From an uncultured virus (IMG/VR IMGVR_UViG_3300026549_001681) (taxonomy: Duplodnaviria > Heunggongvirae > Uroviricota > Caudoviricetes): a DNA stretch of 20,000 nucleotides. Location: the IMG/VR virus record IMGVR_UViG_3300026549_001681. One strand, written 5' to 3'. The notes under the pieces were generated by a model. It searched no databases. It had not been told where the DNA came from and saw only the letters and a list, made by a program, of their open reading frames with translations. This document shows, piece after piece, positions 1 through 9,262 of the stretch. The position numbers and the translations under genes were made by a program. Position 1 is the stretch's first letter. Every line of letters begins with the position of its first letter.

Positions 1-498
1 GTTGGTGCAGTTTGGAGCTCAAGGGCATGGCTGAGAATATTTGAAGCACAGAAATCCTTAAACAAATATCTCAGACAGGTCAGGCAACTTCTTGAAGAGC
101 AGGCCAATGTCACAATGGAGATAAGACAGTTATATCTTCCGTGGGTTCTTGATACTAAGGGCTTTGAGAGGACGGTTAACTCGGAAATGTTCTTGGAAGA
201 AGGCGAGATAGCAATAAAGATCAAAGCAGCCTATGACACATTGCAAGAATACAAAAACGAGTATTCAGATGACATTGCCGAATACGAGTCTTCTAACGGT
301 GTGTTTTCGTACTATAACAAGGAAGGCGGTATCTATTATGCAGCTCAGGATCATATCGACTCTGCGGTAAGCAAGATATACAAAGACAGAAAGTCTTTGG
401 AAGATGCCGGGCTGTGGGAAAGTGTACGTAAGATGATAGACGAGTTAAATGACATGGTCTTGATGAGAGCTCGTTACGAGGATTGGCCAAGCCTGTAA
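1..498 (+). CDS. hypothetical protein, 5'-truncated by window edge
   Basis: The frame of ORF 115..498 is open back to base 1; no recognisable motif. Confidence 0.7.
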   Translation, partial: VGAVWSSRAWLRIFEAQKSLNKYLRQVRQLLEEQANVTMEIRQLYLPWVLDTKGFERTVNSEMFLEEGEIAIKIKAAYDTLQEYKNEYSDDIAEYESSNGVFSYYNKEGGIYYAAQDHIDSAVSKIYKDRKSLEDAGLWESVRKMIDELNDMVLMRARYEDWPSL

Positions 499-523
499 AT
501 AACCATAAGGGGATCTTTGACAC

Positions 524-1057
524 ATGAAACTCCGCAATGATATAAGACAGAGAATGGAACCGCACTTCAAGCCTGGTGATACCGAGTATGACAAGATCGT
601 CAAGGCAGCGACAGTCCTTAATACCCAAGTCAGTGAAGTGATAGACTTTTCCGAAAGAAACTGGGAAGAAGACAAGTTCAGATTTAACGACGAGAAGGAA
701 GTCTTGGAAGAAATATACATCAACTATCTTCCGGATGAAGAAGATAAGCCCTCTGCCGTAGTCATGAAGTTCGAGTATCCGTACCTGGACATAGCAACAG
801 CCATGTCTCTTTATTCCGACAGGGATCCGTACGACATGGCAGACGAAGTATGGACCTATGTTACAGAGAGAGCAGACTTTCCTAAAAGCGCTGCGATAAA
901 CGAACCCGAGTTCGGAACAGCAGAGGAGCTCTTTGCGGAGTTCAAAGCCGACTTTTCCAACATTTCCTCGGATGGTCCCGGTTTTTGCAAAGACCACATC
1001 AAGAAATTAACAACGCATTTGACAGAGCTCGGATATTTCCCGGGCAGAAGTGTATAA
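524..1057 (+). CDS. acidic hypothetical protein (177 aa)
   Basis: ORF with AAGGGG RBS, co-directional with neighbours. Confidence 0.75.
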   Translation: MKLRNDIRQRMEPHFKPGDTEYDKIVKAATVLNTQVSEVIDFSERNWEEDKFRFNDEKEVLEEIYINYLPDEEDKPSAVVMKFEYPYLDIATAMSLYSDRDPYDMADEVWTYVTERADFPKSAAINEPEFGTAEELFAEFKADFSNISSDGPGFCKDHIKKLTTHLTELGYFPGRSV

Positions 1058-1078
1058 GGCCTAAAGCCCTTGATATTC

Positions 1079-1114
1079 TTGACTTTGATACAATATCGTT
1101 GTATAATGACATTG
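1079..1114 (+). promoter_or_regulatory. sigmaA-type promoter, element-repeated type
   Basis: TTGACT-N17-TATAAT followed by GACATTG. Confidence 0.75.
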
Positions 1115-1139
1115 TAAGAAAAATAAGGAGAATAAGGCT

Positions 1140-2087
1140 TTGATCGAGATGTACCCGGGCAGCAGTGAATACCTTTTCGAAGGATACAACGGTATCGGCG
1201 AACAGGACTACGAAGAGCAGGCTCGTGCAGGCTTTGGCGAGTTTGGTTATCTTGAGCAGGGATACTATGACCTGGGTGATGACGAAGAACTGTCTGAACA
1301 GGACATCTACGACGGCGAAGAAAGACTGCTCCTTGATTTCTATGGTGATTACTATGCTTCAGGCGAGTATCTCAGAGACGGGCTTTCGAGAGAAGACCTC
1401 GTCGCTGATGCGATCGAATACTTCGACTATAACGGCTGCGACCTTTCCGATTACTTCGGAGAAGACTACGGATATAATTATGGCTATGGATACTACGGCG
1501 GATATTCTTACTATGACAGTGAGGAATATCAGAAACAGTTAGAGGAACTCGACAGCGTGGGTAAGAAAAAGCCTGAACATTCCATCAACAATCCCGTTGA
1601 CATCAAGAGCCAGAAAGGCCCTAAATGCTCTGCTTATTCTTCGTCCTGTCTCCTGCGTTACTATGGACAGGAATCCGATCCGTCCGAGCTCTATGATAAG
1701 TTTTTCAAACTTCCCGACGGCTCTGCCGTTCCGTCCTCGGTCGGTAAGGTCATCGGAGCAAGACTTCACAAGAACGGCAAGCTCAGCGACATCAAGGCAA
1801 TGATTGACGAAGGCAAGCCCGTACTGGTACTCATCTACTATGATGAAGAGCCCGGCTGGGACAATCTTCACTATGTGCTTGTAACAGGCTATGATGACGA
1901 GAATATCTATATCGCGGACTCGCTGCACCGTTCAGGCAAGAGATACTACAACAGAGCAGTAAAGACCAAGCTCTTCAAGAAGATGTGGAATACTTCCAAG
2001 AGCCTTCCCGTTAAGCTCGTTTACGGCAAGAACCTTTACTTCGAATATAACCTTTCAGACAAAGGAGAAAGGCCGAAACACATCTGA
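1140..2087 (+). CDS. C39-like (papain-fold) cysteine peptidase with acidic Tyr/Gly-rich N-terminus
   Basis: QKGPKC ... LHYVLVTGYD ... IADS (Q/C/H/D catalytic pattern); AAGGAG RBS, TTG start. Confidence 0.75.
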   Translation: MIEMYPGSSEYLFEGYNGIGEQDYEEQARAGFGEFGYLEQGYYDLGDDEELSEQDIYDGEERLLLDFYGDYYASGEYLRDGLSREDLVADAIEYFDYNGCDLSDYFGEDYGYNYGYGYYGGYSYYDSEEYQKQLEELDSVGKKKPEHSINNPVDIKSQKGPKCSAYSSSCLLRYYGQESDPSELYDKFFKLPDGSAVPSSVGKVIGARLHKNGKLSDIKAMIDEGKPVLVLIYYDEEPGWDNLHYVLVTGYDDENIYIADSLHRSGKRYYNRAVKTKLFKKMWNTSKSLPVKLVYGKNLYFEYNLSDKGERPKHI

Positions 2088-2108
2088 GTCTTATCTTGAC
2101 TAAGCAAA

Positions 2109-2163
2109 ACAACACCCGCTTTGGCTCAATGAACCTCAAAGAAAGAGCCGGGGCGGGTGTTGT
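2109..2163. terminator. long hairpin between convergent genes, probable bidirectional terminator
   Basis: ACAACACCCGCTTTGGCTC / GAGCCGGGGCGGGTGTTGT inverted repeat. Confidence 0.6.
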
Positions 2164-2227
2164 CTGTCAAATACATATATGGGTATCTTCTACCCAAGGT
2201 CATTATAACCTTGCGTTTATTTCACGG

Positions 2228-2608
2228 TCAAACCCTTCCGTTGAATCTGTCTGCGAAGATGTCCGCGAACTCACCGAAGAAGTCCCTGTACGCATCGATC
2301 GTGCCGAGTTTCATATCACGCCCGGGATCATCTTTTGCGATCCGGGCCTTCTCAGCTTCCCAGTCTTTGCCAATGAAAGCGAGAATGTAAAACTCAACCT
2401 GATCTATCGTACCCCGGTGAAAATATTCTTCGAACGAATGAAGGATCTTCGTGTAAGTCGGCACATAACTTGCTTGGTAGAAGAAACCCTTGTTACCGCT
2501 TTTCTTTTCCCAGTCTTCCCTCTGCGCATCGTAACACCACTCGTTGATATCGTAGAGTCGGAATTCGATCTTTTCTCCGAGCTCCCTTCTTCTTGTTGAT
2601 TCATCCAT
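2228..2608 (-). CDS. hypothetical protein
   Basis: AAGGAGG RBS 8 nt before ATG at 2608. Confidence 0.7.
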   Translation of the reverse strand: MDESTRRRELGEKIEFRLYDINEWCYDAQREDWEKKSGNKGFFYQASYVPTYTKILHSFEEYFHRGTIDQVEFYILAFIGKDWEAEKARIAKDDPGRDMKLGTIDAYRDFFGEFADIFADRFNGRV

Positions 2609-3101
2609 AAGCATTTCCTCCTTGTTTTTGGATTTCTATTTATATGATGCCGAGCAAGACTCAAAATCGGACTGATTTATCGAACAATGTATGGGAGTTG
2701 TGTTACAAAATACAAAGTATGTCAAACAATTCTTTTTCCCAGACGTGAACAGGAAAACGGTGTATCGCGCCGTGGATACACGCTTAAACTGCAAAAATAA
2801 GCCCGTACCGTGCCCAAGCAAAAGGAGCGATACGGGTTTATCTCATTGTTCCTGTCGGTGAATACCGTGTTATATTCGCTGACATTTCGATTATACGACG
2901 ACCAAAATAGCAAGGTCAATGAATTTGGGATGTTACATACAGAGTTAGCAAAAAACGGAGTAATAGGAGTAGTAGCAAACTTTGCGGGAATGTGGTAATG
3001 GACAAAGAAATTATCTGTGAAATAATGCTTGAATTATATTGAAGATTCAATACTAAAGGAATAATATTATTCTGTAAATCATTTGTATGAGAGGTGTTCA
3101 C

Positions 3102-4916
3102 ATGCCTAAGTTTTTGACTGAAGATGAAGTAAGAGATGCTGATAAGATCGCTCTTGGTTTTGATAATGTTTTAGAGGTTGGTGTCAAACAAGGAACCGGT
3201 CAGATAACCACATTTAAGCAGTTGGGTATTGTTGGAGACGGTGATAACCATAAGCCTGACGGTTGGCGTATTCCTGAAAACAAAAATGATGTGGCGATTT
3301 TGCTTGAAACTAAAAATAGCAATGAAGATGTTGGTGCTAAGAAATGGATCCTCGAAATAATGAAAAATTGTGAGATCCTTTCCAATGCCGGTTATAAGAA
3401 AATCATTGGTATCCTTCACAATGGCTATAAAGCTATTGGTTTTTACAATGGAGAGCCCATTGATATTCCGGATGAAATACAGAACAAGCAGTTTTATATC
3501 GATCTGGTGAACAATCAGGGAATTGATCAGAAGAAGATTTATGATACTACAAGACGTATTAACAATAATCTTCATGTCAATTTCGGTGTTAAGAATTTGT
3601 ATCATAGAATGATTTTTACTGCTTGTGCATTAGTTGCAGAGAGATACGGTGCTAACCTTGAGACCTTAAAGGGTAGAGCATTTTCAATGCTTCACACTCA
3701 GATATTAAGCACGATCAACAAATCATTAGAGAATGATAAAAAACAGAACGGCAAGCTTAAGATTCTGGAAGATGTATATTCAAAGATAGAAATGAATTAT
3801 ACAGAGAATCAGGATGCTATTGATAGTTTTATCGATGACGTTTGTGAGATATCTGATTGTATCAACTCGAATGAATGGCGTGGAGAAGATGTTATGGGTA
3901 TCTTCTTTAATGAGTTCAATCGCTATAAGAAGAAGTCTGAAGCTGGTCAGATCTTTACACCTGAACACATCACATCGTTTATGTATCGGTTGATATGTGT
4001 AACTGAGAATGATTATGTTGGTGATTTCTGCTGTGGATCCGGTGGATTTCTTGTTAAGTCTATGAGTAACATGATGCGGTCTGCTGGTGGTTATGATACC
4101 AATAAGGCAAAGGATATTCGTAAAAATCATTTATTTGGTATCGAATGGGATAAGGAAATTTATGCGCTTGCTTGTGCTAATATGCTTATCCATAAAGACG
4201 GTAAGACCAATCTGGATCAGAATGATATGAGAAGTGAGTCAGCTTGTGAATGGGTTAAATCTAAGCCTATTACAAAAGTTCTGATGAACCCGCCTTATGA
4301 GAATAAGTATGGCTGCATGACTATTGTCGAAAATGTTCTTGATTCAGTCAAGGCAGGAACAGATTGTGCATTTATCTTACCTGATAAGAAACTTGAAAAG
4401 GCTTCAAAAGCACAGATTAAGCGTATCTTATCAAATCATACACTTACGAAGATTATTAAACTGCCTGAGCCGTTATTCTTTGGTGTAGGCGTTACTACTT
4501 CTATCTTTGTATTCAAGACAGGACAGCCTCAGAACGGTGCTGAAATCTTCGGATGCTATATCGAAGATGACGGCCTTGAAACTGTTAAGAATGAAGGCAG
4601 ACAGGATATTAAGCATAAGTGGAAGGATATCGAAGATTATTGGATTGACAGTATCGGTAAACTCCGTGACACCGAGCATAATACAGCACAGTGGATAAAC
4701 CCTAAAGAACATCTGTCATATCAGATGCCTGAAAAGCCTTTTGAGATTTCAGAGGAAGATTTCAAGAAAACTGCTATGGATTATATCTGCTTCAAGAATG
4801 GTATTGATACCAAAGAGTTCGGTGAGAAACTGCTTAATTCTGCTCTGTATGGTAGTGAAGTTACATCTGATGATACTGGCGTTCATATCAAGATAGGCGG
4901 TGGTTCAAATGATTGA
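3102..4916 (+). CDS. BcgI-like (type IIB) restriction-modification alpha subunit: nuclease plus N6-adenine methyltransferase
   Basis: N-terminal PDG...LLETK PD-(D/E)xK motif; GQIFTP; motif I DFCCGSGGFL; motif IV NPPY; GAGGTG RBS. Confidence 0.85.
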   Translation: MPKFLTEDEVRDADKIALGFDNVLEVGVKQGTGQITTFKQLGIVGDGDNHKPDGWRIPENKNDVAILLETKNSNEDVGAKKWILEIMKNCEILSNAGYKKIIGILHNGYKAIGFYNGEPIDIPDEIQNKQFYIDLVNNQGIDQKKIYDTTRRINNNLHVNFGVKNLYHRMIFTACALVAERYGANLETLKGRAFSMLHTQILSTINKSLENDKKQNGKLKILEDVYSKIEMNYTENQDAIDSFIDDVCEISDCINSNEWRGEDVMGIFFNEFNRYKKKSEAGQIFTPEHITSFMYRLICVTENDYVGDFCCGSGGFLVKSMSNMMRSAGGYDTNKAKDIRKNHLFGIEWDKEIYALACANMLIHKDGKTNLDQNDMRSESACEWVKSKPITKVLMNPPYENKYGCMTIVENVLDSVKAGTDCAFILPDKKLEKASKAQIKRILSNHTLTKIIKLPEPLFFGVGVTTSIFVFKTGQPQNGAEIFGCYIEDDGLETVKNEGRQDIKHKWKDIEDYWIDSIGKLRDTEHNTAQWINPKEHLSYQMPEKPFEISEEDFKKTAMDYICFKNGIDTKEFGEKLLNSALYGSEVTSDDTGVHIKIGGGSND

Positions 4917-5961
4917 TACAAGCACTTGGAAAGAGTTCAGGGTTGGTACTTTGTTTGATGTAAGCAGACCTTCTTCAAGAAGTTCACAGAATTATGATGA
5001 AGGCGATATGCCTTTTGTAGCATCTGGAAATTTCAATAATGGGGTTACAGCCTACTTACAGCCGAAAGACGATAATGATTACGATGAAGGTGGCTGTATT
5101 ACTGTGAGTGCTGTTGATGGTTATGCTTTCTATCAAAAGGATAAGTTTCTTGGTCGTGGCGGTGCAGGTTCCTCTATAATGATGTTAAGGAATGACAACC
5201 TTAATGAATTAAATGGAAAGTATATTTGTACTTTAATTCGCAAGGCTTGTAATGATTGGGAATATTCCAATATGGGTAATAAGGACAAACTTGCTGATAC
5301 TATGATATGGCTCCCCATTACATCTACAGGTGAACCTGATTGGCAGTATATGGAAGATTATATGAAGGCTGTCATGGAAGAATCAGAAAAAAGCCTTGAG
5401 AATCTGAGAAAAACCGATGATACAAAACATCTGATTGATATGAGCGGATGGAAAAGATTTCATTTATATGATGATTGTATGTTCGGTATTGACATGGGAA
5501 CGAAGATGGACAAGGCTAAGATGAAAGAAATTCACCCTTCTGTCAACTTCGTAGGTAGAGCAAATGCAAACAACGGTATTACTACTTGTGTTGATAAAAT
5601 AGATGATATTGAACCTTATCCTTCTGGCTATATGACATTATCATTGGGTGGTGAATATCTTGGTTCTTGTTTTATTCAACCTAAACCATTTTACACAAGC
5701 CAGAATGTAATTGTGTTAATACCTAACGATAATATGACGGATAATGTTAAAAGGTTTATAGCGACTATGATATTCAAAGAAAGTCGTTCAAAATATAAGG
5801 CTTTTGTAGATGAGTTAAATCGTCATATTAAAACTGATTTTTCAATTCCACTTCCTATCACCTCAACAGGCGAACCTGATTGGCAGTATATGGAAGATTA
5901 TATGCAAAGAATAATGGATAAATCAGAGCAGATTATATCTGATTTGCAGATTGGAGCGTAA
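4909..5961 (+). CDS. restriction-modification specificity subunit (two TRDs, BcgI beta/HsdS-like)
   Basis: Overlaps the stop of the MTase gene; duplicated LPITSTGEPDWQYMEDYM and WK(E/R)F repeats bound two TRDs. Confidence 0.85.
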   Translation: MIDTSTWKEFRVGTLFDVSRPSSRSSQNYDEGDMPFVASGNFNNGVTAYLQPKDDNDYDEGGCITVSAVDGYAFYQKDKFLGRGGAGSSIMMLRNDNLNELNGKYICTLIRKACNDWEYSNMGNKDKLADTMIWLPITSTGEPDWQYMEDYMKAVMEESEKSLENLRKTDDTKHLIDMSGWKRFHLYDDCMFGIDMGTKMDKAKMKEIHPSVNFVGRANANNGITTCVDKIDDIEPYPSGYMTLSLGGEYLGSCFIQPKPFYTSQNVIVLIPNDNMTDNVKRFIATMIFKESRSKYKAFVDELNRHIKTDFSIPLPITSTGEPDWQYMEDYMQRIMDKSEQIISDLQIGA

Positions 5962-5962
5962 T

Positions 5963-6127
5963 ATGCCACGCCCTAAGAAAGATGGTAAAGTAATAAACTA
6001 TTATGTACGGAAGGACTTGGTTGATCGCCTTGACGCTTATTCTGAGAAGTCGATGATACCCAAAACTTCTATTGTCGAAGCAGCGCTTCAGGACTATTTG
6101 GATAACGCAGAAAAGAACAAGAGATGA
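5963..6127 (+). CDS. ribbon-helix-helix DNA-binding protein (54 aa, not in ORF track)
   Basis: MPRPKKDGKVINYYVRKDLVDRLDAYSEKSMIPKTSIVEAALQDYLDNAEKNKR; GGAG RBS; strand-helix-helix pattern. Confidence 0.75.
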   Translation: MPRPKKDGKVINYYVRKDLVDRLDAYSEKSMIPKTSIVEAALQDYLDNAEKNKR

Positions 6128-6130
6128 GCT

Positions 6131-6364
6131 ATGCCAAAAGAAATTCGTGATGCAATACACGAAATGAACCTGTTTGTCCTGTCTCAGAAAGGCGTGTCGT
6201 ATTACGATGTGAAAAACTACGCTTTGCAAAACGATAAGCAGAACTGGTTGTCAGCGCTAAAAAACAAGAGTGTCCGCACAGGAATATCCGAGTTGTGCAG
6301 ATCTAAGAGGAAGAAAGACAACGTACCATACAACACGTTTTTCGGCGAACCATATACACAGTGA
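6131..6364 (+). CDS. hypothetical protein
   Basis: ORF starts 3 nt after the RHH gene. Confidence 0.55.
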   Translation: MPKEIRDAIHEMNLFVLSQKGVSYYDVKNYALQNDKQNWLSALKNKSVRTGISELCRSKRKKDNVPYNTFFGEPYTQ

Positions 6365-6380
6365 CAGGAGGTAACATACT

Positions 6381-6611
6381 ATGCGTAAATTACTTGAAGA
6401 ATATAACACCGGCAAGATTACCTGGGATGAAGCGTACCGGATCGCCAATAATAACGCAGCAACCGCTTCTGAAGTCGGCAATACCGAAGAAGTGGAATAC
6501 TGGACACACTTGATGAATGAACTTGGCGTAGAACTCGCTGACCAGTTCATGAAGACGCTCGGCTATAAGCAGAACAAAAGTGGTGCGTTCTTTAAGCCGG
6601 GCGATAATTAA
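6381..6611 (+). CDS. hypothetical protein
   Basis: AGGAGGT RBS. Confidence 0.7.
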   Translation: MRKLLEEYNTGKITWDEAYRIANNNAATASEVGNTEEVEYWTHLMNELGVELADQFMKTLGYKQNKSGAFFKPGDN

Positions 6612-6741
6612 ACAGCGTTGAACAAGTTTCAACATAGTGCCTGGGCATCCTCTTTCTCTGTCGCCCGACGAGGAGAGGATGTCTGTCTTTTCTCTGCCGG
6701 CATCTACTTATAGTATTCCGTTCACTTTCCGAGAACAGAAA

Positions 6742-6858
6742 CCACTATGTATAGTCGGATACGGTTTTGTGGCTAAATTTAGCCAGCACAACCACAATAT
6801 GTGGACAACGTAGTGTTTCGTCCTTGACAAAAATCAACTTAACCCCAATATGTAGAGC
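6742..6858. promoter_or_regulatory. three NrdR-box-like motifs around a TTGACA
   Basis: ccaCtAtGTaTaGtcg (6742), ccaCaAtATgTgGaca (6792), cccCaAtATgTaGagc (6843) versus consensus acaCwAtATaTwGtgt. Confidence 0.45.
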
Positions 6859-6964
6859 ATTACAAAACCCCGGACAGACTAACTCGATCCGGGGCTCAGT
6901 GTGTGCAAACTAATCTCAATAATTTTCGTGGCGGATACCACACTATAATTATAATTCTCAAAAC

Positions 6965-6992
6965 AATAAAAAGCAAACAAATTTTCGTTTTT
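6965..6992. repeat. 28-bp direct repeat, copy 1
   Basis: AATAAAAAGCAAACAAATTTTCGTTTTT, identical at 9194-9221. Confidence 0.9.
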
Positions 6993-7095
6993 ATACACGC
7001 ACTTACAGACACACCAAAAGTCACCCAGAGCGAACGAAATGTCAGTTGAAATGTCCGCTTCGTTGTCGGTATATTGAGGAGAACAGGAGGTTACT

Positions 7096-9186
7096 ATGCT
7101 CGTTGACTCTATATTGAATGAAACATTAAACATCACTGATACTTCTACCATGAAAGAGTTTGCTGAACGGGTTGGTGTCAGCGAACGGCAGATATTACGC
7201 TGGAGAAAAGAAAGGTGCGTGCCTCGTACCCGCACGATCAACGAAGTATATGACCGACTACGCAGTATGTGTCCTGAACAGTCCCAAAGGCTCTCAGAAC
7301 TCGAAAAGGAGATGATTAAGGTCTGTATTCACCTGAGAGGCGAGCCGTTCGTTAGAAGTGAACACAGAGCTAAAGGCGATAATGATGTTCTCCAGAGGGC
7401 TGACAATGATTTTATACTCGGTAAGAAATTCAGGTTTAATACCAAGATTTTAGGCCACGCAAGGAACAATAACGTCTTCGTGGTTGGAATGAGCGGAAAA
7501 GGTAAGACTTCGTGTATCGTCGAACCTAATCTGTTACAGCGTAATGCGTCCTATATCGTAGCAGATGCAAAGGGCCAGATTGTCAATACGGTTGGAGGAC
7601 TGTTGCAAATGCCCGGTACATCTGACGATGGTTATAATATTAGGATACTGAATCTCAAGGATCCGTCCTGCTCATTCCATTACAATCCTTTCCGTTATAT
7701 CAGAAATGAAAATGACTGCGTGGTTTTGGGAAGAATAATCGCATTACACGATTGCGATGGTAACAAAACCAGTAGTGTTGATGCTTTTTGGGATAATACG
7801 AGCAGTCAGCTTATCACTGCGTTGATTTACTTCCTCTGGAAATATGGTTCTAAAGAAGAACAGAACTTTGTTAATTTGCTGAGCTTGTTAAAGCTAAGTA
7901 GTGAAGGCTTAGTAGGAAGAAATTGTTATCTTAAAGAGATGTTTCGCTTGCACTCTGACGATTTGTTTTTGATGGCACAAGCGGGATGTATGTTAGCAGC
8001 AAGCGAAAGAACACTTGATAGTATTATCAGTATTACCTACTCCTGCGTAGCACCTTTAGCAGAACCGGCGGTGTCCGAGATGATGTTGTACGATGAACTG
8101 CATTTGGAGGACTTTGCGGAAAGAAAGACAGCCGAGATACCGTCTTTGTTTGTTGTATGTGATGATATTCTGTCCAACAAAAACTTTATTGCTTGTATGT
8201 TATATAAGCAGTTGTTTGAACTGCTTTGTGAACACGCTGATCGCAGTCCGCTTGGAAGACTGCCGTTCCCGGTACGGTTTTTCCTTGATGATTTTACTAC
8301 GCTTGGACAGATACCTGATTTTAGTAATCTGATGTCTAATATGAGGTCAAGGAATATTTCCGTTGTCTTGATGGTGCAAAACGAAAATCAGCTTCAGGCT
8401 GTCTATGGAAATCAGTCAGAGAATATTATCGAGAACTGTAACTACTATGTTTGCTTGGGCGGGAACAGTTTAGACCAACAGGATAAGACCAAGAGGCGTT
8501 TTGGCAGGCGTATGTTTGAGAGAAACCGTGACAAAGGGTTTTATTTGGTGGATAACACTAAACGGCTTTACAATATCCGTCCGCTTCATTATCAGGAACA
8601 CCCCAACTGGTTTAATTATCCCTTTAATTATGTTGACTATATTCAGAGTAGGAAGAGGAAGGAAAGTCCTGCTTCGTTAATTGACATAGAAGAATTACAG
8701 CTTTGTTGTGAAATAAACAGCGAAGAACTCGGTAAGATTAAGCGTAAGACTAATGTATTGGATAGTTTTGCGGAAAAAGAACTTTATTCCGTTGTTGCAA
8801 GAACTGTGAAAAGCAAGTATTTAGTTGTTCCGCACTGTCATCTAAACGAGTTAGTGGATCTGAGTCATATTCGTTCCTTGGTTGTAAAGAAGAGACTGTC
8901 AATGATGCACTGTGATCTGATGGTCTTTGATAAAGATAATGTTAAGCCTGTTTGCGGTATTGAATGTGACGGGCCTTCGCATGATGAATCAGAGCAGAAA
9001 GTTCTCGATGAATATAAAGACATGGTATTTGAGCAAATAGGAATACCTCTACTGAGATTGAAATTGAATGGTCTTGGTGACGTTGCGGATTACGATGCAA
9101 TTTGCTCTAAGGTGCTGGAAATGGTAAAAGAATACGAAGAGCATAAGGCCGAGAATGATAAAGAGGCTTTGTTGACAGCATTATAA
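7096..9186 (+). CDS. VirD4/TraG-family coupling-protein-like ATPase with N-terminal HTH and C-terminal DUF2726-like nuclease fold
   Basis: FAERVGVSERQILRW (HTH); GMSGKGKT Walker A; YNPF; FFLDDF Walker B; SRNISVVLMVQNENQL; HCDLMVFD...IECDGPSH; AGGAGG RBS. Confidence 0.8.
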   Translation: MLVDSILNETLNITDTSTMKEFAERVGVSERQILRWRKERCVPRTRTINEVYDRLRSMCPEQSQRLSELEKEMIKVCIHLRGEPFVRSEHRAKGDNDVLQRADNDFILGKKFRFNTKILGHARNNNVFVVGMSGKGKTSCIVEPNLLQRNASYIVADAKGQIVNTVGGLLQMPGTSDDGYNIRILNLKDPSCSFHYNPFRYIRNENDCVVLGRIIALHDCDGNKTSSVDAFWDNTSSQLITALIYFLWKYGSKEEQNFVNLLSLLKLSSEGLVGRNCYLKEMFRLHSDDLFLMAQAGCMLAASERTLDSIISITYSCVAPLAEPAVSEMMLYDELHLEDFAERKTAEIPSLFVVCDDILSNKNFIACMLYKQLFELLCEHADRSPLGRLPFPVRFFLDDFTTLGQIPDFSNLMSNMRSRNISVVLMVQNENQLQAVYGNQSENIIENCNYYVCLGGNSLDQQDKTKRRFGRRMFERNRDKGFYLVDNTKRLYNIRPLHYQEHPNWFNYPFNYVDYIQSRKRKESPASLIDIEELQLCCEINSEELGKIKRKTNVLDSFAEKELYSVVARTVKSKYLVVPHCHLNELVDLSHIRSLVVKKRLSMMHCDLMVFDKDNVKPVCGIECDGPSHDESEQKVLDEYKDMVFEQIGIPLLRLKLNGLGDVADYDAICSKVLEMVKEYEEHKAENDKEALLTAL

Positions 9187-9193
9187 TTCAAGT

Positions 9194-9221
9194 AATAAAA
9201 AGCAAACAAATTTTCGTTTTT
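9194..9221. repeat. 28-bp direct repeat, copy 2
   Basis: Identical to 6965-6992. Confidence 0.9.
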
Positions 9222-9224
9222 CTG

Positions 9225-9260
9225 TTGCAATCCGTTGCAAATGAGAGTATAATGACATTG
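9225..9260 (+). promoter_or_regulatory. sigmaA promoter of tRNA array leader
   Basis: TTGCAA-N17-TATAAT-GACATTG. Confidence 0.75.
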
Positions 9261-9262
9261 AT

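Noticed and set aside
293..2599. ORFs 293..997(-), 1539..1928(-), 2096..2599(+) and similar shadows such as 15375..16169(+) and 18596..19036(+)
   Set aside because: They are antisense to better-supported genes with RBSs.
5311..5903. ~50-bp internal repeat in the S subunit as a phase-variation site
   Set aside because: It is the normal conserved repeat between TRDs; direct orientation and no invertase nearby.
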